Below are positions 26,420 to 39,443 of a DNA stretch of 64,000 nt, piece by piece. The notes beneath the pieces are model-generated. The model did not search any database. It was given only the letters and a program-made list of their open reading frames with translations, and was not told the DNA's origin. Source of the DNA: Vicugna vicugna (lineage: Eukaryota); contig MU058337.1 in the NCBI GenBank assembly GCA_013265495.1, positions 2,696,686-2,760,685 on the forward strand. Reading direction: 5' to 3'. Position 1 is the first letter of the stretch. Each line of letters begins with the position of its first letter. A program made the position numbers and the translations under genes.

Positions 26420-26760
26420 CTCTCCCTTGCAGACATATCAGCTTCTTTGCCGTCTCTCAAACGTCAGCTCATGTCAGTGTTTCGCACCTGCTGTTCCCTC
26501 TGCATGGAAGGTTCTTGCAACTTTTGACCCGATCACTTGCTCTCTCATTTCCTACAGGTTTCAATTCGACCTTGGCCTGACCTATGCCTGGTAAATGTTT
26601 TCTTTGTCTTAATAGCACTTAATACCAGCTGACAGAATATAGGTGTGTTCCCTCAGCTACAGTAACAGATCATGAAGGTAAGAACTCTCTTTTTCTGTCC
26701 CCATCCCTGCAGTTAGAAAGCATTCAGTGTAGACACTTAATAAATATTGGGTGAGCATTT
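26420..26760 (+). mobile_element. L2 3' fragment
   Basis: tttcgcacctgctgttccctctgcatggaa...gtagacacttaataaatattgggtga. Confidence 0.7.
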
Positions 26761-27744
26761 TAGAATTAGGTGTTTACTTTGGATAAAGCCTGACATAAAA
26801 TATGCTTTTTTCAAGACACATGAAAGTCAAGTAATTTTTTTTTTTCTGATAATGTTTTAATGATCCTTTTGGCATTCCAGTCTCTATCCAAATGATGACT
26901 TTGTATTTTAATGATCTCTTTAAAGCGTGAGTGCTTCCTACTCAGATATGTGTCTCTAATCAGAGCTCCCCGACCACCCTTGTCCATATTTTACTCCCCA
27001 GGGAACAATTTGGGAGAGGAGATGCTTACAGAGTAAAAACTGGCCAAAAATTTGACAGCAGATAAACATTTTTTTTCCCTGGCAATGGATGCTATTATGA
27101 GATCATGAAAAATGTTTATATTTAAGGAAAACCTCACTATTTAGCTCTCTCTTGAGACAGAGACACACGGATTGATAAATATATCTCTAAAATAATAGAT
27201 AAGGACAAGCCCACTGTTTTGCATTATACATGAACAAAAAGGAAATATATAGTGAATTTTAGTTTGGTCCCAATTTTTGCCCCAGAGGAGTAATAAAAGA
27301 GTCATAGCAACATTCTGTGTTTTAGATGTGCAAGTCAGTCTCCATGTTCCGCTCAGGATGTTGAGACAATAAAAAATACCTTCTTGCTTGGTAAAATGTA
27401 CCTACTTTGAGAAAGGAGATTGAAAACATTATCAAGTTTTTTGAATTGTATTTGGCACTACCTTTGACATTTGATAGGAAGTAAAGGTCAAGGAGAACTC
27501 GTGTTTGTCTCTTCTGTCCTCGTAGCATTTCAGTGGGATGAAAACTATCATAATAGAGTTGTCCCAGGAAAAAAGTCATCTTCACACAATTAAAAAGAAA
27601 TAAACTGAAAGAGTAGACAGAAACAGTCTCCACTTACTGAGCAGTAATTCCCTAATTTCCCTGATAGATCTTTCTAACCGTTGATCTATCTGAATAACAG
27701 ATTCTTAGCAGAAGCATCACACCCTTTAAAGGGTTAAATCCTTG

Positions 27745-27912
27745 CATTTTCAAAAATGGTCCTTGGTTGGGCCAGAACCTTCAGCAGCATCAGAAGTTGC
27801 TGGAAATGAAAAACCTCCCTGCCCATCCCAGACCTACAGAACCAGAATCTGCCATTTTAACAAGATCTCCAGGCAATTCTCATGCACATTAGCATTTAAG
27901 AAGGCCTGGGCT
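27745..27912. mobile_element. MER5A1-like DNA transposon
   Basis: cagcagcatc...cccagacctacagaaccagaatctgccattttaacaagatctccaggcaattctcatgcacatta. Confidence 0.8.
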
Positions 27913-28369
27913 AAACTCCATGTCTATTATTCAAATACATTCAGGGATACGGCAGGTAATAAAAAGAGTAAAGTGCAGCTTGGTGCGAGGTAAAATGAGT
28001 GAGTGAGGCTGAGGGAAGCTTGACAGTGAGCACAAAGTCCTCTGAAGTTTTCAATTTAATGTGAGGAGAAAATTGTACACTGTGCAGGGATAGAAAAAAA
28101 AAACTTGCTCTGTTTTTCATCTCTTTGTTGAAACTGTATGATTCAGCGTGAGTTACAATGAAATGGTATTTTAATCGGATCAACACCAAAATGAAGCCAA
28201 CCTTAATGAGTTACAATAGAACTGGAGTAAGGATCTTTGGGAGGAGAGGGTGTTTTATAGCAGGATTTTGGACCTTGAAAGGTCAGCAGGAGGGCAGCAG
28301 TTCTCCAGGATTAATGAGGGAGAAGAGGACAGAAAGTGAAAGTTTAAATAAAGCTTTGCTATTTTCCTT

Positions 28370-28500
28370 TCTAATCCAGTGAGAAACCAAATCTTCTTGA
28401 AGAGAATAAAGAATGCGTCCAAGGTTATGTCATTGGGGAATGACAGAGTTTAGAATCTACTTCAAGTCTGCATAATCCCACAGCCTGAGCATCCCTTGTG
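28370..28500 (-). mobile_element. MIR fragment
   Basis: gtgagaaacc...gtccaaggttatg...tgacagagtttagaatctacttcaagtctg. Confidence 0.45.
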
Positions 28501-29129
28501 CTAGGACCAAGGGCGACTCTGATCCATTTATTTCTATTAGACCAGTGTAGCAATGCTAACTGACTCCATCCATGCCATGTCTGCATCCCCTTGCCTTTGA
28601 TTGAATTAACGCTGTATATTCCATCTTCAAAACAATCCTTCTACAGTCTCTATTTCTGACTTGTGAAAGCTTAAACTTCAACCAGAATTTTATTCTCTCA
28701 TCATAAAGTCATCTTTTCCTTCTGCTGTAACTTTTCTGGTGTTATCAATATTAATACTTTTATGTATACCTACATCGCTATGGCTCTTGTTTTAAATCAA
28801 TTTACATAGATTGCTTCAAGTCGCATTTCTACAGGACAAGTTTGTTTCTTTTATCCTACTCATCCAAGATCCATATATGACAATATGATTTGACTTAGAG
28901 TGTTTTATAGGTGACATCTTGCTACATTCTGTCCACCAAAGATTTTTCCCAACATTCTGGTAAATCATTCTAATTGCTCCTATATCTTTGGGCTCCTAAA
29001 TGTAAAATTTCTCCTAGCTCCTGAATTCTTTGCTTGGCCTTGATAGAGTAATCTCTATTTGTTCTGTCTATTGCCTAAACTCAGGTTCTTTGTCCGGCTC
29101 ATTAAGAACTAATCTGGACTTGTTCTCTA

Positions 29130-29343
29130 CTGCAGTTTCTCATCCTCTGTACTAACATCTAGGGCTGGATAATTCTTTGTTTGAGGGTCAGTATTTTGCA
29201 TTGAAAGATGTTTTCAGCATCCCCAGATACAGCGCACAAGGAGACAAAATCTCCCCCATCTAGGTCTTGTCAGTCAAAAATGTCTCCAAATGTTGCCAAA
29301 TGTTCTGTGGGTCACAAAATCACTCCTACTTGGGAACAACCAT
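29130..29343. mobile_element. MER20 DNA transposon, apparently inserted into an L2
   Basis: gggctggataattctttgtt...cagcatcccc...caaaaatgtctccaaatgttgccaaatg...caaaatcactcctacttgggaac matches MER20 along its length. Confidence 0.88.
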
Positions 29344-30605
29344 TCTCCTGAAACTTGTCTTGCTAAAGTTACTAATGACCAGAAGAAAGAATCCATTTTA
29401 GTGTTTCTTCTCCTCCTGGCAGCTGGAGGCCACTGTACTCCTGGCATCTCTTCTCCCTGGGTTCTCCTTTCTAGCACATCTCTGCTTCTGGATCTGTTCC
29501 CTTTCCTTTCCTGGCCGCTAAAATGGGGCTCCTCTGGGGTCTCAGTTCTCCTTACCTGGTACCAGTGCTTCACAGTCATTATTGTTCTGGTGGCTACAGT
29601 TTATCATTCCTCTGCTACATTCTGATGATGGCTCTGCCTTCATGTCTAGTCCCTGCAACTGTCCTGAGTGCCAGACCTCTGGATATCGACCTTGGCTGCT
29701 CTGCCAGTACCAATGTTTAGTTTGTCCTCTGTGTATCCTTACCATCACCCACATACCTGGTTTCCATCGTGCATCTCTTTGTCCCTTTCTGCCTCCATCA
29801 CCCACCACGTCTTTCTTCCATTTCAAATTAAATATACTACCAAATCCTGTTTATTACAAACACCTATATATTCTGAATCCAGTTTCTCTAATACAGCATC
29901 ATAACATTGACCTACACTATATTTACAACCTCTTACATGGTCTCTGGTCACTGGGTCCCCTAGACTTTGAGTCACTGTACACATTGCTGGAAAGTTAACT
30001 GTCCTAAGTTATTAGTAACTATTAGATCTATAAGGTCATTAGTAACTTTAGGAAGACAAGTTTCAGGAGAACGGTGGTTTCCAACTAGGAGTGATTCTGT
30101 GACCCACAGAACTTTTGGCAACATTTGGAGACATCTTTGATTGAGAAGACCTAAGAAATAAATTTGAATGCCATTCTGCTGATCAAAAGAACCCTGTCCA
30201 TCACGCTTTGTTTTTGGAGTATAATTCAAATACCTTAATATAGCATTTAACTACCTTTATGATGTGGTTGAACAGGTCTGTCTAGGCTGATCTTCCCTGA
30301 CAACCAGCATGCACTACCTGGCCATCTTTTTGTAGGACTGCACTGAAGAATTCACTCTTTCCCCGTACAGAGTGACTGACATCAATTCCTGGCTTATAAT
30401 CTTTTACTAATCCATCCTGAAGAACCTCAAATACTCCTCGTCTTTGAAGTGGACTCCAAGTGACACAGGCAGAAGTAGGCACTATGACACTGTTGCCCTT
30501 TATCACAGTGCACTCTTTCTTTTAGAGGCTCATTTCTTTCAATGAGCTATCAGATCATATGATGAGAACGGCATTCTGTTGATTATTTGTTGAAAAATCA
30601 ATTAA
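29344..30605 (+). mobile_element. L2 fragment interrupted by the inverted duplicate at 30034-30153
   Basis: ctgaaacttgtcttgctaaagttactaatgacc ... cctgagtgccagacc ... taattcaaataccttaatatagcatttaa ... tatttgttgaa is collinear with L2 ORF2 and 3' region. Confidence 0.7.
30034..30153 (-). repeat. Inverted duplicate of 29261-29380
   Basis: Reverse complement aligns ungapped to 29261-29380 at 110/120 positions (counted by hand). Confidence 0.95.
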
Positions 30606-31832
30606 GTAACTTAAAAATATTTAATTGACTCAGATGCTCATTTCACAATAAGACTGAGAAAAGAAAATAGAAAAGCAATACATGTATTTAGGCGTGTGTG
30701 TATATGTGTGTGTCTGGAGAGACAGGGAGAGAAAGAGGTTATCTCAGCTGCATTGTTAAAGTAAGCACATTTAAAAAAACAATTTTTCTCAGTCGAGTGT
30801 TATCTAAATCATGCGAACATTTAAAAAATCACAAAAATCATAAGCAAATAAAAGTTGTTTTTCATGTAAATGAAAGTGAAACTTGCATGGAGAGAAAAAT
30901 TATATAAGCAGACTCTTGTTCATATTTTAATTAAGTCAACTGCTAATAAATTTCATATCTCTCAGAAATAGAAATGCAGAAATATATTTTGAAATGCAAT
31001 AAAAAGAAAATATATGTTTGTATTGGATTTTACACTTTCAAATGCCAGAAGTCCTCATTAAAGATCTAACCAGCTGAGAGGCTTTTTGTTGTTTTTTCTG
31101 TTTAAATGCAAACAACTTTCTGTAACCTCAGCCAATTAATTCCATCCTCTTAGCAGGACCGTAATGTACTTCGGATTTCAGCTCTACTCGTTCTGGGCTG
31201 GAGTCTGAATCATAGCTCAAATTGATGCAGTCTTGACAATGAAAGGCCAGTACTTCGTCTGCTGATCTTCCTCAAAATATTGACTCAGTGTCCATGGATG
31301 TTCATCATTGCTAACGGATAAATCAGTAAGGCTTTCGTAATGGAGTTTGATCACTGAATGCAACCACATGTGTTCACAGGGCTCAGCCTAGTAACTGAGT
31401 CAATATGTTCAAACCCATCATTTGTGCTCAGCAATTTCATTAAAGAAAAGACATCTTTGCCCCTTTTTCCTAATTGTTTTATGAGTTAAAGTTCTGCATG
31501 TAATTTACCACATTGGCTTGTAAATGGGAAATAAGACATTTGTTAGGAATTCCTTCTGGCATTTTTGATCAGCATACCAAAAAAAAAAAAAAAAGGAAAG
31601 GAAGGGTGTGAGAATCAACAACAATGGCAATGATCTTATTTTTGGGGGTAAAGTTGAGTTATTTGACTGATTTATATTTACATGACCTTATAAAGGTCAT
31701 AGCACAAACAGCATTTAGTAACAGTACAATGCTACTTGCCATCAAAAATAAAATTTTGAAGCCTATTTTCTCACCTCCTAGGTAAGAATGTAGAATTTAA
31801 GTTCTGGAGAGATACTTCGATCAGACTTACTC

Positions 31833-32060
31833 TTTTTTATCTTTTTAATTGAAGTACAGTCAGTTACAATGTGTCAATTTCTGGTGTTCAGCAGATGCCC
31901 CAGTCATGCATATGTATACACATATATCTATTTTCATAATCTTTTTCATTAAAACTTATTACAAGTTATTGAATATAGGTCCCTGTGCTATACAGAAAAA
32001 TTTTGTTTTTTATCTGTTTTTGTATATAGTAGTTAATAGTCACAAATCTCAAATTCATTT
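31833..32060 (-). mobile_element. Artiodactyl-type L1 3' tail
   Basis: aattgaagtacagtcagttacaatgtgtcaatttctggtgt...ttgaatataggtccctgtgctatacag; ttactcttt occurs on both flanks (possible TSD). Confidence 0.85.
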
Positions 32061-33869
32061 CTGGTATTATTTTACTCTTTGGTGGCAGAGTATAGGTCTA
32101 GAATAGTATGCTTTATTTTTACCCACTCATAGCACTTTTTGTTTGAAGAACAGAATAATGTGCAGCTGCTGCTCCATCAGGTTGACTGGCAAGTGATTTC
32201 AGAGCTTCATCCTAATTAGATCAATAAAAGCTAATCCCTATGAGAGTATAAATAAGGCTTGCCAATTACACACTTAATTTAGACAGAAGTAGTGCTACTT
32301 TCAGTAAGTGGAACTATTATGACTGTTCCATTGCTCTTCTCCACCATTTATTTTCCTGGATCACTGAGTTGCAGGTGTAACCCTAGAAATGTGCAGGGGG
32401 CAGGGCAGGGTGTGTAGAAAGAGTGATCACGGGTTGATACTTACAGCTGTTTTGAGACTAGTGGGTTGATTAAAGAGGAGGAAAAAAGTGGCTTTGCAAA
32501 AGGTCACATGATTGTGTAATAATTGCTCTATATGGTAGAAACTCTAAGACAATCGTTAAGTATCTGTGTGAAAGTGGCTTAAAGTCATTCTGCTCCACTG
32601 TCACTAGAAAAGTTCAAGGAGCCATCTGACACAGCAGGCAGAGCTGTGGCCGCTGCACAGGCAGCACTCAGCTCAATTTGTCATCATCAGTAGCAATGAA
32701 ACAGCCTTTGCCCTGAGACTCTAAGGAAATGTGCCTTAAGCACCAACAGAGTCACTTTCTATTGACCAGGAATTGATTTGGTCCCTTGCCCTAGTCTCCA
32801 TGCAGAATCACCAATTACACTATAATTATTGCTCTCAGGGATGGATGCAAACTGTCTACTCTCCCATAGTAGGTGAACACCAAGAAAAACATTGCAAAAA
32901 ACCGTTTTTTGGTTATGACAAAATACAGCAATTGGAAGATTTTACTATTTGATTTACTGTTTTTAATATTGATTTTAGCTTCCTAGTCTATTAAATCTTC
33001 CTTTTGACATTTATTTTGAAGTAAAATAACAAAACTATGTCAAATTCCTTAATATTGCATATGTGCGAAGTACCTGTGAACGTTAGGTTATAAAGATGCA
33101 TGCATTCAACACACTGAATAAAATGTCATTTAAAAAGCTGTTTGTGAGCTTATATTTTAATTATAGTTATTTAGAATAATACTTGCTTAATTAATAAACT
33201 ATAAGCATCAAATTTCATTTCAAGCAAGGCAATAATCACAATTTCTATTATGTAGGTCTTAGGTTAGCCTTACATCTGGGTTCTAAAATCACCAGCGATG
33301 AGTCCTCCCCGCCTATGGCTGTGCTCACTGTTTATCCAGTCCTACCAGCAGAAGAGCCATCTCTTCCGGCTCACACAGCACAGCTGCAGAGCAATCTCCC
33401 GCTGTGCACTGTCTGGAGAACATGATTTTTTTTTTCTATTTAGACAATAAGGCAACTGAGAGAACACTTCTTCAGTTTCATAGAATAAGTTAATACGGGA
33501 TTTACCTTAAATTCTTATTCTATATAGCTTTTATACAAAAGGTTTTATACACATGCAATGTAGGGAAATGTATCAAACTCAAATATATCACCTGTGCTTA
33601 GAGAAATGGAAAGTATTATACATTTAGGAATGTGTATATATATATCCACACACACAAGTATCTGCTCAGGTTACCTGGACCATTAGACACTCAAGTAATG
33701 TTGGAAAGACTTCTATTTGCCTCTCAGAGTTATGTAGAAAACTCTGGTGGGGTGGGGAGGTTGCTAATTTTGAGAAACTCTACTCTCCTTTAAATAGAAT
33801 GGAATAGAACACAGGGGACATAGAAGACGTTTTCCTGCCTCTCGGGCAGCCAGGAATAATAAAAAAGCA

Positions 33870-33912
33870 GAGGCTGAGCATTAGATCGAGGCTGAGCATT
33901 AGATTAAGGCTG
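33870..33912. repeat. 18-bp tandem duplication (2 copies plus partial)
   Basis: gaggctgagcattagatc gaggctgagcattagatt aaggctg. Confidence 0.85.
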
Positions 33913-36900
33913 CAGCCTTTCAGTCACGATCCCCGGGGAGTTACTTCACTTCCCTGAGCCATTCGTGTGACTTGAAGGGTTCCTAGTCTAACAATCAAAT
34001 GTCCTTTCCTTTTTTTCTGGGGGACAGGGACTAACATCAATGAAGGAAGAAAAATGAAAAATCAAGAAAGAAGGATTAGGCAGTCTCTGAAGTGATGTTG
34101 AACAGCTAAAATTGGAAGAAAGCCATAAAAACTAGTCCTTTGTTTCCAAAGAAACATCTAGAACAGCACTATCCGTCGATGGATCTACTGCTCCTTTATG
34201 GCACCGGGTTGTCTCCCATTTCACGCATTCACGTTTACAATAGGTGGGTGATGACTGATTATCCAGCTGGGCCCTGGGGGTCTGGAATGCTCAAATCCTC
34301 AGAGGACACTTAACTGTCCTAAAGATACGGTGATTTCACCATTTGATCAGATACTTGCATGTAATTGCATTTTGGATACACATGCATTCACCCACTTACA
34401 CAACTGCATTTGAACTTCAAAGAGAAACTTTCTGAAGGGTATTTGTTTCTTATGGAAATAAAATAAGAATGAGCTGTATTCAAAGAGTGAGGAAGGCTAT
34501 ACACAGGAGACCTCTGTTTTATTGTGGTTTAGCTCATGGAGCAAATATGTTTAGTGGCTTCGGCTGACTTCCTTAGAAAAATGTCCACATTAAAATGACC
34601 ACCCAGGTTAGCAAAGTCTGGCATAGCGCTAACATCCTAGAAAACAGAAGCCTCTATCCAGGGCCAGTGTCCACTTCCAACTCTTACTAGATTTCTTTTC
34701 CTCTGGGAAGAGATTAAAGTAAAATTGAGAGAAGTTATTTTATGGGTCTAAAAAAAAAAAAAAACTACAATAAATCAAGCACTTTAAGCCCATAACTATT
34801 AAATCAAAATAATTTATTATCCTCCATTTTTAACCATAAATGGACACCATCCACTATGGGAGCAACCAAGAATAAACTATTCCCCAGTGGGTTACAGAAT
34901 TTATTCAAATATCACAGAGCAGTGACCTGGTAACCTACTCAGTATTAGAGAGGTTGAATATTACAAATGGGAAGGCTGTTGGCTGTATGGCATTTTTTTT
35001 TTCCCTAAAACAGTACAGCATTGTCAAAAAGCTGTATAATTATCAATTCATGCCACAATCCTGTAAAACAGATTGTCACCCTCATTCTTTTTGCTCCACC
35101 CTGCATTCCCTGTGTTTATCACATGATGGATTTCTCAGCAAACAGGCTGCCACAGTTGAGGAAGGAGCCTTATTCAGTCCCTGCACTGGACTATGAGTTC
35201 TATACACAGAGGACAGGCTTGGATTTTAGTTTCAAAGACCTCACATTCTGTAGACACAAGAGAAGCGAAGAGAAGGCTTCCTTGATACATTGCCAACAGT
35301 AATGTGGACTGGTCAAAGAATTCTACCACTTGGCATAAAAATATAAATGCCCTAAATAAAGTGATACAATTGCTTCCAACAAGAATACACTTCTTATTTT
35401 GAATGTATTGAGTTGCAACGTAAATGAATATATATAATATATATATATATATTTCAGCCTGTATGATACCTGACCTCTAGCACTGAGATTGACTTGGAAT
35501 GTTACAAATAACATAAGGGTTAAGGGTTGGCTTTTGCCCACACAGTGGCGTGGACTGGAGACACTCCAGACTACAGGTGCTGTCAGCAGTACTTGTGGAT
35601 TTCTCCTATATTATCTTAATATTAACTCAACCTCCCCTACTCAAGCCTTAATTTGATTTCTAAATAAATATTAGGAAAGTATCATTTTCTAAAAATTAAC
35701 CATGCTTGCTTTTTCAATCTTTACAATTCTTGAAAGTTTCTTTTTCAAGTAGGTTTCCAGAAAAGCAGAAGACAAATAGTTTTCGATCCAGACCAGCAAG
35801 ACATGTTTCTGTCTTCTACAAGGTGAATGGTATTTTTGTGAAAAGAAATGTTGAACTCCAATCTCTAAACCAGAGTTTCCTATAAAAACAAGAGCAAGAA
35901 TGACACATTAATACAGGGAGGCACTGGCAGCAACATCGTGCCGACTCTCCATCTTATACCAGTAAGTTTTAGTTTGGAGTTGAAGGATCCACTTTCTATG
36001 TTGTTTGAAAATCACTGAGTGGAGAAAGGTATATATGATGATTTGCTTCTGTAAACATTTCCTGTAAGATGAACAAATGAAAGAAACTGACTTATATGAA
36101 AACAGTTTGCATGTGTTAGTAGAGTGTTCATAATATACTCCAGTAAAAAAAACAGACTAACAAAAAGTATCAGATCAAGTTAATTCAAGGCAAATCAACA
36201 CAAAAAATTCAAAAACACATAATTGAAAATTTACTGTATGGGTCTGGCTCTGTGAGTCTCTTACAGAGAATTTAAAGAGTTTCTGATTCTCCTAATTGAT
36301 TAAATATCCTCCCTCAACATTCCTTCACCTTGGCAGCAGTTACTGGCTCCTGAAATCACATCTTCACTAAATTAACAAGTGTATAATTTTCTTAAAAGCA
36401 GTGATGGTGGTAAAGAATCTGCCGTGGAAGAGCAGACCAGGACGACAAGGCAGGTGGGAAACTGACTTCCTTAAAGGAGAGCCTGACTGATCTTTTTAGA
36501 CCCAGTACTTACTACAGCGCTTGACGTCAAAAGGAAATCAATAATGGTTTTTGAACTGTTGAATAAACTCTGTTCATCTTGTGGCGGGATTCTTATTTTA
36601 GCTGCAGATTTATCTTGTCAATAAAAAACCGCTTTCTAGTTTAGGTTTCCTTTAATCATCTAGTCAGTAACTTGATTGTTGCGATAGCTGACTCTCAAGA
36701 AATCTGTACAAAGGTAGCAAGGGGTACTTGTATATGTTTGTCATTAATCAATTACAGAAAGAAAAAAAAATCACATTACATTACAATGCAAATGGCTCTA
36801 TAATTCCATGATTAACATGAAACATAAACTGTGATTTACTGTTAGTGGAGAAATTTTACTCAGTCCAGTTTTACTAACAGTTGACAGGAAACATGTCTTT

Positions 36901-37589
36901 CCAGAGAGTGATATTTTCCATACCATTATCATCACAATTCTCTCCTAATTTGGTTTTTGTTTCTCTTTGAGTGGAATAGAACATCTTCTGTCTCATTACG
37001 GTCTTTTCAATTAAAATGAACTCGTGTGTTCAGGCAAATATTTGTATTGTTATAATATTGGATTAGTAATAATCACAACAGCAGCAATTAAATCTCTCAC
37101 CACCAGCATTTAGCACGTTCAACTGTAACCATCTACGGAGAATGCAATTTTTAAAAATCTGTTTTGTGTGTGTGTGTGCTTGTTGCGAATAGATTTCCTT
37201 TTTTTCTCATCCACCTGATTTTGGTCCCATATTGGTTGTCATCGGAAACACCAAAAAAAGATTAGCAGCCGATCATGCTGTTTTCTGTTCTCTAAGGCAA
37301 AAGGTGAGAAATCATGAATTCAGTAAATCTTATTACCATGTGGTAATTTTCTCTGATGATGAAAATCACAGCCTTCTGTGACTCATTACTAACACAGTGA
37401 TTATTTGTAAAGTTTAGGAATCCATTATTTAAAAACTTGTGCGCATTACTCTGAGAACGGGGTCATATCTGAACGTTCATATATACACCTGTGCGCACAC
37501 ATCTATATGCATGAACCTCAATTCTCTGCAGTTTGGCTCACCTAGATAACACCAAGATAACCTTTTCTCCTTAGAAAATACCGGGATGG

Positions 37590-37722
37590 GGGGAGTGGTA
37601 TGTTAAAATGCAGATTCCGATTTAGGTGATTTCGGGAGGAGCCTGAGAGAGAGTATTTCTATGAATCTTCAGCTGATGATAATTTTTTCTGTTGGCCTGG
37701 GACTACATTTGGAATAGCAAAA
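37590..37722. mobile_element. MER5A-like fragment
   Basis: gttaaaatgcagattccga...gagcctgaga...tatttcta...gggactacatttggaatagca. Confidence 0.6.
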
Positions 37723-37735
37723 CCCTTATTGACAG

Positions 37736-38206
37736 GGTCAATATATGAAATATATTGAAATATATGCACAGCCTAAAAGTTGAGTTACGTTCTATTTTGT
37801 GGGAGGACTCGAGCCGGGATGGCAGCCTCTCGGATCGCTCTGAGGGACTGCTCCTAAGAGGTAGGGGAAGGGATAGGTTATATAGGAGCTTTACAACAAA
37901 GACCATGTAGTTGGAACAATAAAAGCTTACTTGTTACCTAAAGAAAACCAGGCATCTCAATTTAAAGAATTTAGTGTTTTTCTATGTATGGGAGGAAGCA
38001 AACATTTGGGCTCATTGAATTCATTCCTTTGACAAGCACCTAGTAGCCTGTCCTTTCTTATTCTGAGTCCCCTCAGGGTGAACCATTGTGAGTGGCTGCA
38101 GAGGCCGCAGGCTGGTCTTCACTGGGGCGTGGCGGCAGCCGTTGATAACTTGATGTTTTCAGCATTCTTTGTTTACTGATATAGCTAACAGTATTTTTCG
38201 TTCACA
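37736..38206 (-). mobile_element. ERV1-class solo LTR (MER41-like artiodactyl family), copy A
   Basis: Homologous to 40282-40783. Ends ...ttcaca. 4-bp direct repeat ACAG at 37732-37735 and 38207-38210. Minus-strand TATA (ggttatatagg) and degenerate polyA signal give the orientation. Left end is degenerate. Confidence 0.85.
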
Positions 38207-38256
38207 ACAGTTTTGGTGGTTCCCAAGGTATTGTAAGACTTTACTAAAGCAAGCAT

Positions 38257-38842
38257 TGCCGAAATATCGGCCCTCATCCCTGACGAGCCAAGTAACCCAG
38301 AGACAAGGTGGTCTTGGAGCTTAGAAGAAAAGAGGCAATTTTATTGCTTTGCCAGGCAAAGCAGACTTGCAGCAGGCTGGTGCCTTCAAAACTGTGACCC
38401 CACCTTGGGGTGGGGTGGGGCGGTTACATAGCCAGAGCTCGAACAATACAGCACCGACAACAATCAACAGAATCATTTTCTCATCAGAAGACTTAGAATG
38501 GCATCATGACGCCTCCAGGCGACCAGTTCTGTAGAGGCAGGTGATTAGATCTCTTCATCTCCTAAGCGCGCAAGGTGTGGTCTTCTTGGTAATTCAGGCT
38601 GTTTTGTAAGGTTGCAGTCCTGTGACCTTCTCCTTGGAGAAGGAATCAGAGACCAAGCTTGATTATTACTTTCAATGACTGGAATAAAGTAGAATCAGTA
38701 AGATCAATAGGTTTAGTTTTAACAGTGGGCCTCGAACTGTGAGCAGCATCCGGTCAGTCAGGTCAGTTGACCGTTTTAAGGGCGAGCATAAGCATAAGCA
38801 ATCTGTTAGCCTAAGTGCGGCCATTTTATGAATCCTCCTTCA
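38257..38842 (-). mobile_element. ERV1-class LTR, second family (probably solo)
   Basis: tgccgaa...agagacaaggt...aattttattgctttgccaggcaaag (minus-strand AATAAA) ... ccttca. TG...CA termini; TSD not resolved. Confidence 0.7.
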
Positions 38843-39443
38843 AAATGACCCAAAAATCATGCAGTTATATAGGGGTGGTGGGAAAATGAGAAAGCTTGAG
38901 TCATACTCATCAGATCTCTCACCAAATTTGCTGTTTCCATTGGACCTGGTGTGCTTCTTTATGACGTTTTATTAGTCTAAACTGCAAGTTATTTTGCTGA
39001 TTGCTGTTTAAATAGGAGGAAGCTGATGCAGTGCTTTCTAATGAAGAGGAAGTACCTGCTATATGGCCTATGTAGTATTTGATTCTTTGAGGAGACATGC
39101 AACCATCCTTGAATAATTATTTATATTTTTCATTGTAATTTTTGAACACTTTTATATCTGACTATATCCTAATGTCTGTATCCTACAACCCATGAGTCAC
39201 GTGTTTTTAAATGAAACCCAATCATATTTCCTAAAATACTCTATAGAAATTCATGAGGATAATAAAAAAAGCATAATTTTCTTTTTCATAAATCTCATTG
39301 ACAGATCAATTATATGAGTGGAAAAGAACATCAGAACAAAAGTGCTTTACAGATGTGTAGTGCTCTTTCAAAAAGCAAAAACAAAAGCAAGCAAACGAAC
39401 TAAATGAGATCAGTGGCCTTCCTCAAACAGAGTCCAAAAGGGG

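Noticed and set aside
29290..30229. Two ORFs sharing MLPxVLWVTxSLLxGNxxSPETCL, like paralogues
   Set aside because: Translations of the two arms of the inverted duplication (MER20/L2 sequence).
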